64,000 nucleotides of DNA. Source: Negaprion brevirostris. Its lineage: Eukaryota. Position 1 is the first letter of the stretch; each line of letters opens with the position of its first letter. The stretch spans positions 39,142,465 through 39,206,464 of the forward strand of contig JARDVH010000084.1 in NCBI GenBank assembly GCA_030324005.1, in the 5' to 3' direction. Below, piece after piece: positions 50,810 through 64,000 of the stretch. Position numbers and translations under genes: made by a program. Under the pieces are notes generated by a model. It saw only the letters and a program-made list of their open reading frames with translations. It had not been told where the DNA came from and did no database searches.

Positions 50810-51830
50810 CATCATAGAAGGAAGCCATTCAGCCTGTTGTGTTCTTGCTGGTTCTCCGCAAGAACAACATTGCTGATTACATACTCTCATCTTTCCCCAT
50901 AACACAGTATTTTTTTGTCTTAGGTACTTATGCAATTCCCCTCTGGAAGCCGCAGTGCATTCCATGTCCGCACCACTTGAAATGTGAAGTTTCTCATGTC
51001 ATTGTTGTTTCTTTTGCCCTCTGGTTCTTGACCCTGCTGCCAACAAAAACAGTCTCTCCCCATCTGCTCTGTTGAGGACCTTCATGATCTTGAACACCTC
51101 CATTCAATCTCCTTTCAATCTTTTCTTCTCTAAGCTTAGCAGCACCAGCTTCTGTGATCTATTCTCATAAACAAAGTCTCTCATCTTTGGAACCATTCTC
51201 ATTGACATTTGCGTTACCCTCTCTAAAGCCTTCACATCCTTTCTTTACTGTTCCATCCAGAATTGGACATAATACTCAGGTTCAGGCTGAACCAGTGTTT
51301 TATAAAGATTTATCTTAACCTCCATGCATTTGCATATTTATCAAGCACAGGATGCAAATACCTTTTAAACCATATTCCTAACTTGTCTTGCTTCTGAACT
51401 TCTTATATGGAACCTGGTTCTCATTTGCATTATTAACTTGACATCTATTATACACTCCCTTACACTGTTTCATCTTACTTTTTATTCCTTTTGTCATTAA
51501 GGAGTTGGTTGATCTACCTTTCTACCTTGGGTAAACATATCTCAACCGTACCTGAACTATTTCCAATTTTAAGAGAGCCCATTGCTCCTTTTGTCTTTCA
51601 AGTATTCAAATTACCCAAGGCATATCCATTCTCATCCCACTGATATTGGCCCTTCACCAATTAAGTATTTTTAGTCTGGATTGCTTCATGTCCTTTTCCA
51701 TAAATAACCTAAACCTTATGACACCGTGATCATAGTTCCCTAAATGTTTCACTCCTGATATTTGATCCACCTCATTTCCTAGAACAAGATCGAGCAATGC
51801 ATCTTCCCTGTTGGGCAAGAAATATACTGA
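50810..51830 (-). mobile_element. Old CR1 LINE fragments (3' end and endonuclease part)
   Basis: aggaagccattcagcc tail; ccagaattggacataatactc; gtgatcatagttccc (APE SDH-like motif on minus strand). Confidence 0.6.
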
Positions 51831-52169
51831 TCCTTAAAATATTCTTTTTTAATGATGGCATTTATGGAGGGCTGAAGGTCATAAACTGAGCTCAAAAGAT
51901 TTGTTAAATAAATATTCTAAATTCAAAATTGATAAAACTGAAAAAAGGAAACAGAATATGTCCATCATAAACAGGAACAAAATCCATTACAAATATTGTA
52001 GAGATAGGAACTCCAGAGAGATTACTAAATTATTTCCAAAATTCTATCCCAATGATACTTGACCAATTAGCTGCTTGGAAGTTTTAGCAGAAACTTTTAC
52101 CAGGGTTGAACTTGTTAACTAATTCTCTATCATAACCAAGGAATTTCTTATGAAAAATGGGTAACAACT

Positions 52170-54530
52170 TTTATAGCACCTTTAATGTAACAAAAAATAC
52201 CAAAGCACTTCACAGAAACGTTTAACTTAAAATTTGACAGACAGCAAAAAGGCAATATTGGAACAAATGACCAATGACTTGGTCAAAGTGGCACATTTTA
52301 AAAAAACCTCTTTGTTAGGTAGAAAGAGAGGTTGTGAATTAGTGAGGTTTAAAGAGGGCATTCTAGAGCTTAGAGCCTAGGTTACTGAAGGCAGGGCCAC
52401 CAGCTGTGGAGCAAGTAAAATCAAGGACACTCAAGAGGCCAGAATTAGATGATAGTTATCTCAGCGGGTTGTGGAGCTGAAGGAGGTAATAGAGGTAGGA
52501 AAGGATATGACTTGGAAGAATTTATAAGCAAGGAAGAGAAGTTTAAAATGGAGTTGATGCTTGATCTGGAGCTAATGAAGGTCAGCATTCACAGGACCAA
52601 TAGCTGAATGGGATGGTGCAAGTCAGGACATGGGCAGCAGAGTTTTGGATGACCTCAAGTTAATTGAGGGTATTATGTGCGATGCCAGCCAGGACTCATC
52701 AAATCTGGAAGCAACCAGGGCATGATTTGAGGAGTTCATGAGCAGTTGAGCTGAGGCTGAGGCAAATTTAGGTAATGTTACACAGAGGTGAAATACTGAT
52801 GCCTGGCTATGTGGTCAGAAGATCATGTCTATAACACCAAGGCTGAAGACAGTTTGCCTTGGCTTCAAACTGTTACCCGTGTGATGATAATGTGCTATTT
52901 TTATATTTTATATTTCTGTAGAATGTTTTAAGATTCAGTGCTTTGTTTACAGGCAGTTGGAGTGTCTGGAAAACATGCAGCTCAGATTCTAGACAGGAGA
53001 ATAATTACTAACTTTAGCCATGTAATGTTTATTCAGGAGAATAGCCTGTGATAATAAATGGAGAATATCCCTTTTTTTTTAATTAAAAGAATGGAAGATC
53101 ATGGAATGCAAGATCATGTGATGTAATTAAAGGGGGGAGCTGGGTTTGTAGCAGAGAAACAGCTTTCTGTTTCAGTTTAAAGCCTGGGAGAACCAAATTC
53201 AATGGCTTCCATTTTCCTAATATTTAACTGGAGGCAATTCCTGCTCTGCCAGTACAGTATAATTTACCAATAGTGAAGGTGTTGAGAGGGGTGATGGTGA
53301 GGTAGGGCTGGATGCCATCTCCTTACACTTAAAAACTAACGCCTTTCATCACGGAGTAGTATGTGGATGAGAAACAGCAAGGAGCCAAGGATAGATTCTT
53401 TGGAAACACCAAAGGTAACTGTGCAGAATTAGGGAATTAGGGCTGGATAATAAATGCTGGTCTTGCCAACAGCCCATGAACAGAGAAGCCATTGTGAGCA
53501 ATTCTCTGACTACGATTGAATAACAAAGAATGGAACCGAGCAATTGTAGACCTACACAGCTGGATGACAAGAAAGGACATTTTGCCTTCATCACGGTCAC
53601 GTAGAGTATCATATGTGACTTCAATAAGGGCTATTTAGGCTGGGACAGAAACGCAATTGGAGGGATTCAAACATGGAGTTCCAGGGAAGATTAGCATGGA
53701 TTTGGGAAGCAACAATATATTCAAGGACTTTGAAGAGAAAGGGAGGTTGAGAGTAGCAGTGGTTTGCAAAGATGATGGAGACAAGTAGTGTGTTTTTTGA
53801 GGAGAGGGATAATGACAGCAGACATAAATGAAAGAGGTACAGAACCTCAGAGGGAGATGGAAGCAGAAAGTGAGAAGGATGATCATTAAGAAATTTCCTT
53901 CTTCTAATTGTTGGATAGCAACAGGTCACTGTAAATGTCTTAACTGATTATATATTTGTCATTTGGGTATGCACTATACACAAATGTTGATGAATATCAA
54001 AGGAGCATAATACTTAAGCATCAGGGAAGAATGGCACTTTGTAAGGATAGAAGAGTCAAGTGTGTTTTTTTTCCACAAAGGAGATGGAGATATTTTTTAA
54101 ATTGGGGATAAAAGTGAGTTCTTCACAATTTCAGTTAGTATGGAACCAGGAAGGAAAGTTAGATGGTCAGTAGTTTAAATGAGAATAAGGTCAGGAGAAT
54201 ACAAGGTGACGAACAAGATAACAGAAGCTGCAAAAAAGTGGGGACAGACATAGTCTCAGAATTAAAGCAGGTAAATCTTGGGGATGCTTAGCTGGCAGAC
54301 AAGGAGAAAGGAAGAAATGAGTTGAAGCTGGCAATTACAGTCTCAGCCTTAGTGACAAATCCATGAATTCCTCATACTTGTTGGATGTAATGTTGGAGGG
54401 ATGAAGAGGGATTCAGGAGATAGCTTGGTAGTGAAAGAAAGAAGCTAGGGATCTCTTTATATTTCAGCATGATTCTGGATTTGAGGGTGTTTTTAGCAGA
54501 GGAAGGTGAAGCCAGAGGAAGCTGCTAGAA
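52170..54530 (-). mobile_element. L2-like LINE, degenerate, with a possible solo-LTR-like insert at ~52880-53200
   Basis: L2-type 3' end tttatagcacctttaatgtaacaaaa..ccaaagcacttcacag; LPFLFKVLEYIVASQI...ESLQ..F RT motif. Confidence 0.65.
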
Positions 54531-54683
54531 GAGTAAACCACCTTTAGCAGAGAAGAAGCCATCTAGTCAGCTTCCCCTTTTTGTATTTCTAGTAATTCTG
54601 AATTCCATTTGTTGAGACGAGTTCCTTCTGGCAAAACTTTAAGACCTCTTTTTCCAATGTCTGAATCAGTAACGTTTCCCAAA

Positions 54684-54910
54684 ATTTGATTTAATTTACT
54701 ATTGTATAGGGATACAGTAAAAAGCATTGTTTCTTGTGCATTATACAGATAAAACATACCATTTATAGAATACATAAGGGAGAAAGAAAGGAGAAGGTGC
54801 AGAATATAGTATACAGACATAGCTAGGGTGCAGAAAAAGATCAGCTTAATATATGGTCAGTCCATTCAAAAGTCTGATGACAGCAGGGAAAAAGCTGTTC
54901 TTGAGTCAGT
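54684..54910 (-). mobile_element. Rex1/Babar-like LINE 3' tail
   Basis: Clearly homologous to 14390-14620. Confidence 0.7.
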
Positions 54911-56504
54911 TAACCTAGTCAGTTTAAAAACCTGTTCCTCCATTTCTTATCTTTTTTGTTGTCCAATATGGCAAAGTGCCTCTGAAAAGCTCCGTTGAAC
55001 TGGTATGTTATAAATCTTATTTTTAACAACATCTTACACAGCTGAAATTAACCTGGAGTATTATACAGCTTACTACCGCTGCTACTTGCTTGGAGATGCA
55101 TTTTGTTAAATTTTATATAAGATTAATAGAGTCTTTTTTTTATAGTCAGGAGGTTAAGTTTTATTATGCACTGTACAGTTAATAGTACAAATCTTGCAAT
55201 AACTGCATACGTTTTAAATTAAAAATGGATTGAGAAGGAACAACCCAATCATCATGTGGTTGCACCACCAGCTTACCAACCAGATGGTCACAAATTCAAG
55301 ACTTGGCACTGCCTGTCATTTCAGTCTAGCAGCTACAGCTAGGATGAGTTTGATCAGCCATAACTAGGCTGTAGAATGGACGAACGACTATTTCACTTTG
55401 AAAAACCCATCTACCAGCTCAATACCTGTTGGCTGACCACAGAACAGGCTTCCCCTTGTGCTATTGACAACGTTACAGTGAGAAGGTCATGCTGAGACAA
55501 CAGGAACTAAAATATTGGAAGAAAATAGTGCTGAGAATCTTGTCAATAATTTAGACTTCATTGTTGAACTGATTAAATTATTCTGAAGTGTCAGGTTTTA
55601 GGGATAGGTTGTTCAACTGATTTCAGCCTGGTCACATGGTTACCTGAGACACACTTCCATCAAGTGCATCAAGGCATATCTCCACTAAAGGGGTGAGGTA
55701 GGGCAAACAGATCTAAAGCTCTCTGGATGATGGAGGAGACAGAGATTAAAAAGAATAAAAAGTATACTTATGATAGATAGCATGTGGATTATGCAACTGA
55801 GAATCGACTGCATTTAGAACTCATCAGTTCACAAGCCAACCTAAGCAATGGAAGCATGGGGACTGGTGTCCTCGCGTGAGGGGGAACAGCTATCGCCAAA
55901 TTCACCCTTGCATAAATTCACAAAAATAGCTGCCTTAACGAATCTAGCAGGGGAAATAGTATTCCTTTACTGGTACTGAAAGCATTGCAGCACAGCTCCA
56001 TGACAGCTGTAAAGTTTATTGGCATAGGCACAGAAATTGCCACAGACCATACACTGCAGTCAACCACATCTCCAGTCGTCTTGACTTGTCAAATCACTGG
56101 AAACAGATGTGCAAGATCAGGAGAGTGGGACTGGCCAAGCACGATCCACCTCCACTACAATCAACTCACATGCAGGCACTTCTGAGAAGCAAGCTGTATC
56201 AATTCCTTCACACAAATCCCATCATGTTCCAAAATGCACTCGATTATTATTCATCCTAACATGACAGTATATTGCAGGCAAGACAAAAGAAGAAATGGGG
56301 ACTCTATTTAGATTCTTGGAATGAACAAGCTCTACCTGTTAAAGACAAGAGCTACCTACCCCAGCACAGAACTGCTCTGGTTGGCAGGGAGTTATCATGA
56401 TACAACATTGACAGTGCTGCTTTAAGTAAAACACTGAGAAGAGGGCCAGTTAACAGAGCTATCAGCAGGCTATATATTCTTCTGAATAGGCAACCAGAAA
56501 ATGA

Positions 56505-57022
56505 GAACATAAGAACATAAGAAATAGGAGCAGGAGTAGGCCATCTAGCCCTGTGAGCCTGCCCCACCATTCAATAAGATCATGGCTGATCTGAAGTGGA
56601 TCAGTTCCACTTTCCCGCTCCTCTCCCCATAACCCTTAATTCCCTTGTCTATCAAAAACTTATCTACCCGTGACTTAAATATATTTAGCGAGGTAGCCTC
56701 CACCACTTCAACGGGCAGAGAATTCCAGAGATTCACCNNNNNNNNNNNNNNNNNNNNNNNNNNNNNNNNNNNNNNNNNNNNNNNNNNNNNNNNNNNNNNN
56801 NNNNNNNNNNNNNNNNNNNNNNNNNNNNNNNNNNNNNNNNNNNNNNNNNNNNNNNNNNNNNNNNNNNNNNNNNNNNNNNNNNNNNNNNNNNNNNNNNNNN
56901 NNNNNNNNNNNNNNNNNNNNNNNNNNNNNNNNNNNNNNNNNNNNNNNNNNNNNNNNGAAATTCCTCCTCATCTCTGTTTGAAAGGATCGTCTTTTCAGCC
57001 TGAGGTTATGCCCTCTGGTTCT
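56505..57022 (-). mobile_element. CR1 LINE 3' end, gapped
   Basis: Near-identical to the reverse complement of 30495-30805. Confidence 0.85.
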
Positions 57023-57059
57023 AGTAAGAGCTGACTATGAGGCTTGGGATACTGCCCTG

Positions 57060-57860
57060 GGGATTCAAGGTGCGGGAAAATACAGCAGCAGTGACAGGCT
57101 TCTCCCACGCCTTTGCACCCACTGGATTATGTTAATTGCCAACACCAACTTTAAACAGAAGACAAAGTACAAAAAAATTGGATGCACCCAAGATTTAAAC
57201 ACTAGCATCAAACATCACTTGGCAGAGCAACATAAAAGATGTTATGATCACAAGTGTTACGAGAGGAGCAAGATCACTGCAGGTGACAAGATCCAACGTC
57301 CCAAGATGAAATCTACTAACTCAACAGAAAGAAGACCAACATGTACGAGATCCCCAGTAACTTGAAGAGACTAACACCCACAGCGTGTTGCAAATAATTC
57401 AGGCTTCGACTTAAAGAACTGCTCTCCTTCAAAGAAAAGTCAAGTAATGATGATGAAGTGGTGTGCTCAACTATCAGTAGCTCTGGAAGCTGCCAATGAT
57501 GTCCTGAGTATACATAAAATAAATCACTGAAATTGGTTTGATAAAAACAGTGATCCAGTTGAAGAACTCCTGTGGTAGAAAATTGCAGCATTTGTAGCAT
57601 GGCTTGGAAACAAAGATACAGCTGGTGCTACAAAGTTACTCCAGAAGAGCAAAAGGAACCTGCAACAGAAGCTGCATTCTATACAAGGTGTATGATGGCC
57701 AACCAAGTCAGACAGTTTCAGGTTTACTGATCAGCACATCATGAAGAATTGCTATAACGCCCTGAAGATGTGTACAGTGAATCCTCACATGGCTACTCTC
57801 AGCACTGATGGATGGGTGGACTGTTATCAAAAAGCACTGGGCTGAGCATTTTAGAAGTGT
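57060..57860 (+). mobile_element. RTE-clade LINE, endonuclease-side remnant
   Basis: LIANTNFKQKTKYKK.WMHPRFKH resembles the RTE APE motif (NT.F....K.SW.HPRSK.WH). Confidence 0.6.
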
Positions 57861-57869
57861 GCCTCAAGA

Positions 57870-58105
57870 GAGGCAGTGGTGTAGTGGTATTACCACTGAA
57901 TTGGTATTCCAGAGACCCAGAATAACGCCAGGTTTGAATCCCGATGTGGCAAATGGTGAAATTTGAATTCAATAAAAATTAAAAGTCTGATGGTGATTGT
58001 CAATTGTCGTAAAAATCCATCTGGTTCATTAATATCCTTTACGGAAGAAAATCTGCTACCTTTACTTGGTCTGATGTGTATTTGACTATTGACCCACAGC
58101 AATAT
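57870..58105 (+). mobile_element. tRNA-derived SINE (second family)
   Basis: A box ggtgtagtgg, B box ggtttgaatccc; homologous to 12825-13180. Confidence 0.7.
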
Positions 58106-58296
58106 GGGGATCTCTCAAATGCCCTGGTAAACCACAGTAGAATCAAATTGCTTATGAAGTCTATAAGGAATGAACCACTTGTCATTAACAGCCACATCAA
58201 CTGTACAAAGTCCTCCTTACTAACATCTGGAGACTTGTCCCGAAATTGGGAGAGTTGTCCCACAGACTGGTCAAGCTTGACAGAGTCATCCTCACA

Positions 58297-58622
58297 TACA
58301 TAGAATCATACATAGAATCAAAGAATCCCTACAGTACAGAAGGAGGCCATTAGGCCCATTGAATCTGTACCGACCATATCTCACCCAGGCCCTATTCCCG
58401 TAACCTCACACTCAATCTGCTAATCCTCCTAACATTAGGGTCAATTTACCAGGGCCAATCAACCTCGCCTGCACATCTTTGGACTGTGGGAGGAAACCAA
58501 AGCACCTGGAGGAAATTCACACAGACACAGGGAGAAAGTGTAAACTCCACATGGACAGTGACTGAGGCCAGAATAGAACTTGGGTCCCTGGCGCTGAGAG
58601 GCAGCAGTACTAAACACTGTGC
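58297..58622 (-). mobile_element. HE1-like V-SINE with CR1-derived 3' tail
   Basis: Same head and central domain as the other V-SINEs, but tail ggcctccttctgtactgtagggattct(atg)n. Confidence 0.85.
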
Positions 58623-58749
58623 CTTTGTGTTGCCCTTACATAATGTCACATATCACCATTTCCCAGGTTTCTCCTGTCAGTGGGGCAGCAGAGGTTGCTC
58701 AAAGTGGTAAGGGTTAATATGCGGGACTGGATAAACAACCACGTACATA

Positions 58750-61450
58750 ATGACAGTGACAGCAACACATGTTGAAGAATCAAGATGGAAAATGCTTGAG
58801 GCTTGTACTGAGTAACACCAGTAATCTATGCATCTGTACATAGTTATAGTTGTTATTCAAACATATTCTTCCTTAGCCAGTCACAATTACCATACAACAT
58901 GATGGTAGCAATAAAGGACCCTGAAATCTCCAAAAATGAACTTTAAGAAAGCAACTGTGAAGAACCCCAAAATCACTGAAAATCAATGTTTTAAAAAGAA
59001 ATTTGCAAGTCTGATCTAAAAAAAAGTGCCAAAACTGAAAACCTTGGCAAGATATTTGAAAGCCTCCAAAAGAGCTCCATAGAAGACATGGAGGCACAGA
59101 GACACATAAAAATTAACTGTTTAGTTAAATAACGCCTACGCATAGCAAACAGCGGTCCATGAAAATGTCCCGATCCATCAGTTGTGTCAAGAACCCAGCG
59201 ACGATCATGGAATAGTGAGCAAACCTCAAAAATGGCTCAAAATCTTCAAATTAACTATGCAGTAAGCAGATAGCACTGAGCAAATTCCATTTTTAGTTCA
59301 TACAGGTTCAAGGTCGATGACATCACACATGATGACCGTGAGTCAGCAATTGAAAAAAAAAACTGGCTGCTCAGTCACGATTCCCCAGCAGGAGGAGTTT
59401 AATAATTATTTCCAATGATTAGTTTAAAATCCCTACAAAGTTTAGGAACAATTTCCAAAAAGCTTTAGTGACCACAACAGGTCTCAGTGAAAGGCCGAAC
59501 AGTGCAGGAAAACTTAATTACTGCAATGGAAGTTTAAAAATTCCAAGCAGACCTAAAAGCTTAAAACAGCTATGAATTCCAAATCCATTTTGCCAAACTG
59601 ATTTGGGCTGATGGAAGGGGCAGATCAAGCACAATGGAGGACAGTGTTCCACTAATCGGTGTCGAATGATGCTGGACTGTTGGAAAACATCCATTCAATA
59701 TTTAGGTCACATTGTGAATAGCATAGTTGTGCTGGTGGACCTACAAAAAACTAGCGCAATCAGTGAATTTCCAACCACGTCATCCATTCCGGATCTTCAA
59801 TGATTCCTTAGTGAGGCAAATTCATTGGCAAAATTCCAGCCAAGCTCCGTGCTAATCATAGAGCCATGAGACACTTATAGAAGAAGGCTCAAGCATGGAG
59901 TTGGAATGTACACCAAGAACATGCATTCCAACAGATTAAAGACATGCTGCTCTCACCAGATATCCTAGCTCACTATGACCCATTCCTGCCAACCACAATC
60001 AAAGCTAATGCCTCATCTACAGGACTAGGGAAGTCCTGTTTCATAAGCAACCAAATGAGTGCCATAGACAAATCAGCTACACATCTCTGGCATTATTTGA
60101 CACAGAAATGAGGTATATAGTCATAGAGAAAGAGGCTCTCACAGTCACAAGGGCTTGTGAGAAATTCTCCAACGAAATCATTGGGCCAAAAGTAGTCATC
60201 AAGAATGACCATAATCTATTCTTCTAATTACTGAATGACAAGGAGCTTGCCAGAATGCCCCAAAGAATCTAAAGATTCTGTTTGCAGCTAATGCGCTTCA
60301 CTTACAAGTCAGTGTATTACTAGGACAAAGTACAAATCTCTGCAGGCACATCTTGCAACACAGAATGCTAATATTGTCAACGAGACATTGTTCTATCCCC
60401 AGTTCATGGCAGCACAATTGCCAGTGGACTTAAAAAAGCTACAACAAACATGCCAAGAGCAGATGCAGGATGAGGACTACATCTGTATTAATCAATACTG
60501 CATGCAAGGTTGGCCACAATAATGTCCTGGATGAATGGTAATGAAAATATGCTTGGAACAAAAGAAAACTTTACCATCATTAATGACCTGTTGGTGGACA
60601 ATGACCAGGTAGTAATTCCCACTTCACTTCAGCTAGAGATTCGGGAAAGAATCCACCAGGGCCACATGGATATCACAAAATGCAGAGCAAGAGCTCAGTT
60701 ATGATGGCTGCGAATATGGAGGTCGACAGAAGAAATGATTTCACATCGAGCCCTTATCCCCACTCAATTCCTTATGTATAATCCTTCCTTTCATTGTCAG
60801 TGCTTCTCCAGGTGGATCAAGGTGAAACACTTATAAACCACAACCATGGAGTCAGTGATTGAGTCACTGAAAGAAATCTTGCAGTACATAGCATTGTAGA
60901 TCAGGTGTTGTTCGACAATGATCTGCAATTCACTACTTCACCCATTTTGCCAAGAACTACGGATTCCTACATCTCACCAATTCCGCAAGATATCCCCAAA
61001 TCTAGAGTATATCAGAAAGGAGCATACTGCAACTTTGACTGAATGCCAATCAAGTCCAACCTAAATCTAGAGGAGACTACCGATTTTCCAAATCTAAAAA
61101 GAACACAATCAGAGAAAGTCATGAAACCCCCAGATGGATTAAACCAATGAAGTCAAAGGGTTGGGGGAAGACAGGATATGTAAAATATATTTGGGCAAAA
61201 ACTATTCGGGGCAGGTGGGGGATTGTGGAGTTAATGTGAAAGGCTTAATGCATGGGACTGGAAAAATGATATCACCCTCAAGATGATGCAAGAGATAGAC
61301 ACATGACTAAGAGATGAGAAGCATTCATGTGACTTAGAGTAAGTAACACCTATAGTCTTGTATATCTGTTACATACCTTCAATAAATCAGTTATTATTCT
61401 GACATACCAATGTCTCTGCAATCCTTCTTTCGTGAGTCACAACCAACAAA
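58750..61450 (+). mobile_element. Degenerate Ty3/Gypsy LTR retrotransposon
   Basis: RNase H (LAHYDPFLPTTIKANASSTGLG; RYIVIEKEALTV.RACEKF), integrase (VVIPTSLQLEIRERIHQGHMDITKCRARA; FSRWIKV; FDND.QFT), and diverged terminal repeats ~58770-58900 / ~61300-61450. Confidence 0.75.
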
Positions 61451-61599
61451 CAGCACTGGTGATACTTAACCTCCTATGAGACAAGGCCTAAGCCAAAAAT
61501 ATTAAGCAGCCGGACAGGTTCAACGTAAGAAATGCTCAGGACGCACAGGCATCAAATGGGAGGACAAAGTGCCCAACATTAGCATTCACCATCAGAGCC

Positions 61600-61990
61600 C
61601 AGTTCAGATGGAATGGAAATTCCACTGCTGACAAATGAAATCCTTAAGACAATCATGTATTCACAACTTAAACCTGAATGTCATCTGCGAGGTAGCCAAC
61701 ATTAAGATTCAAAGACTCCTTGAAAACGAACCTCATAAAATGTGGCATGTCCACCACACGTTGGGAGAAAAATATGCCAGAAAAAGCTACGTGGGGAGAA
61801 ATCTCAAGGACTGGTGCTTTTTCCCTTGAACAGCAAAGAATAACGACAGCAAAGGACAAAAGGCAAGTTAGGAAGACAGGGCATTCCCAACAAAATTAAA
61901 CAATTCATCCACACCGCACTGTTGAAACTATGCGGGTCTATGATCAGGCCCCACAGCCACATCAGAATACACAACACATGACTCCATGCA
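61600..61990 (+). mobile_element. RTE-clade LINE C-terminal remnant
   Basis: KTIMYSQLK and RFKDSLKTNLIKCG..WE, typical of the RTE ORF end. Confidence 0.55.
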
Positions 61991-64000
61991 CACAAAAATG
62001 TCTATCTTCAATAACCAATTCAAACCAACACTGAATTAAACTTATAACTATGCATCTAATAAGTGATGAAATCCAACATCTACCACATCATAAATGCAAA
62101 TTACTGCAGATGATGGAATCCAAAACCAAGAGAAAATGATAAAAGATCTCAGAAGGTCGGGCAGCATCTGTAAGGGGTGTGTACCACATTATGATCCCTC
62201 TGGTACTATGAGCTCACTACCTTCTTTGGATGGCAGTCCTTATAAAGTCAAGCACTTCAGATATGAAAATACACTGTTCTCTTTCAAAAGGAAACTGGCA
62301 ACATATGCAAAGGATTAAATTCATTCTCGAGTAAAGGAATAAATATATGGTGGCTCAACATTTAACAAACTATTGCATGATATTCTAAGTTTTCCCACAG
62401 CTCAGCAGCTTAGAATTAAATCAAGTTAATATCCTTCAATCCTAACCAGTTTTACATAATAAATCACTCAATATTTNNNNNNNNNNNNNNNNNNNNNNNN
62501 NNNNNNNNNNNNNNNNNNNNNNNNNNNNNNNNNNNNNNNNNNNNNNNNNNNNNNNNNNNNNNNNNNNNNNNNNNNNTAAAACAAACTTTGCCATGGTCTT
62601 GCTTATGTTTAGACAGCAAAAGCATTCGTGATTATGTGCAATGATGTAGAGAAATATGCCCAAATGACTTCAGAGAAAAGACAAAACTATATTGCTCCTC
62701 TGTTTTTGCTATCTCTAGGTTGTCTTTAATCCTCCTCATGCTACGTCATTACCCAATGCCAATTCCATGCTGAACTAACTTACAACAAGTCAATTCGCCT
62801 TGTGATTTAACTTTCTATTCAAAACTACAGCTTGGTCTACACCTTAGTTAAGTAACTGGACTTAGAACAGAATCATCACACAATAATCACAAAAATACCC
62901 TTTAAACTGAAAGTGATTAAATCATTAGAGATACAGTTTAAAAAACATTACAAACATAACCAGTGATCTTTCTCCTGGTCAACTCAGTCCAGACAATGTG
63001 CAGATTTGACTGATGGTATCTGTACACTCGAACAAAGCTACTTTAGACTCTTGGTGAAAGGCAAAAAACCGAAACAATTTTTCCAAGATTGAGACTTATT
63101 GAAACCACAATAAGGGTATTACATGCACCTCCTTTCCAACAATAGATTACGAGCTTGAAACTCATTACAGGTCGTGCAATTCTGCTGCCTCTTTTTAGTA
63201 TCATTATGGCATATTTTTCATGTTTGCAATCCCAAACACTGATGGCTCACAGTCAATAGATGTGAACTCACCAACAAGCTGCTCAAGCAGCTGAATTTGC
63301 TAAATGTGTCATGAGTGTGTCCATCCTGTCAATGCTACCACAACCTTCCTCACTTGAACACTGGCAGACCCAAGCACTGCCTTTCAATGGACCAGGACTC
63401 AATCCACAGACTTTGTGGACTGCAGGTGCATGGCAAACCTACCCAGATCATGGGAACCCCTCTTCTTTACTCTTCCCATACAAGAATACTCATTCTCCAG
63501 TGCTACAACAAACTTCATCTGTGGTTCCTGAATTCTGATTAGCTCCCTTTTTTAACTATTCAGGCTCTCTCACAATTCATTCCTGACCCAGGGCTATTCC
63601 AAAAATTCCCATATCTTAAAATCAAGTGCCTTCCCAAGTTCACCCACTCCTATGGTCTTGCATCACAGATTCCAACACCAATTTGATGCTTGTACACTTC
63701 ACAACTACCCACTTGTTGGGACTCCTAGAGACAATGCTTTGCATACCCAGCTGCATTAGGACTAAATGGCTTTTTTTTCCATCAAGCTCAGTTACATTGT
63801 GGGTAATTGCTGATTAGTTTTAATACAAACTACAGGAAGCCCAATGGCTCCCAACATTTAAAATCTCATGCACATTGTTGGGAGTGAAAAAAACACTCAG
63901 AAGAATACCCCAGAAAGGGTCAAAAATCTGCTTGAGGACCCGGGAGCCAAAAAATTAGAATAGCAAATAAACAAGAGGCTGTTTTAAAAAGAAGCATAAC

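Noticed and set aside
62850-63830. Possible LTR/gag remnant on the minus strand
   Set aside because: Motifs too decayed to support a call.
1-64000. CRISPR arrays, operons or other prokaryotic systems
   Set aside because: The sequence is clearly a vertebrate intron-exon locus with no regularly spaced repeat-spacer array.

Overview
AT-rich vertebrate genomic DNA from a gapped draft assembly. The repeat content (HE1/V-SINE-like tRNA SINEs, CR1 LINEs, Penelope-derived palindromes) points to a shark or other elasmobranch. The whole window lies inside one large minus-strand multi-PDZ scaffold gene, best matching PATJ (INADL). Eight coding exons are traceable (39930 down to 699) with GT-AG boundaries and phases that match wherever both ends are visible; one acceptor is hidden near an N gap. 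The preceding exon is not found, so the intron upstream of 39930 appears to run past 64000. Two things stand out. (1) This PATJ-like gene has an apparently intact extra PDZ domain, equivalent to MPDZ PDZ6, where mammalian PATJ has only a remnant linker. (2) Intronic Penelope-derived palindromic elements carry minimal hammerhead-ribozyme motifs on both strands; one copy (21440-21484) has a fully intact catalytic core on the pre-mRNA strand. The rest is layered, decayed transposon sequence: CR1, L2, Rex/Babar, RTE, three Gypsy remnants, a probable DIRS/Ngaro element, a Harbinger transposase and MITEs. All protein and repeat-family assignments come from recalled motifs, not database searches, and repeat boundaries are approximate.
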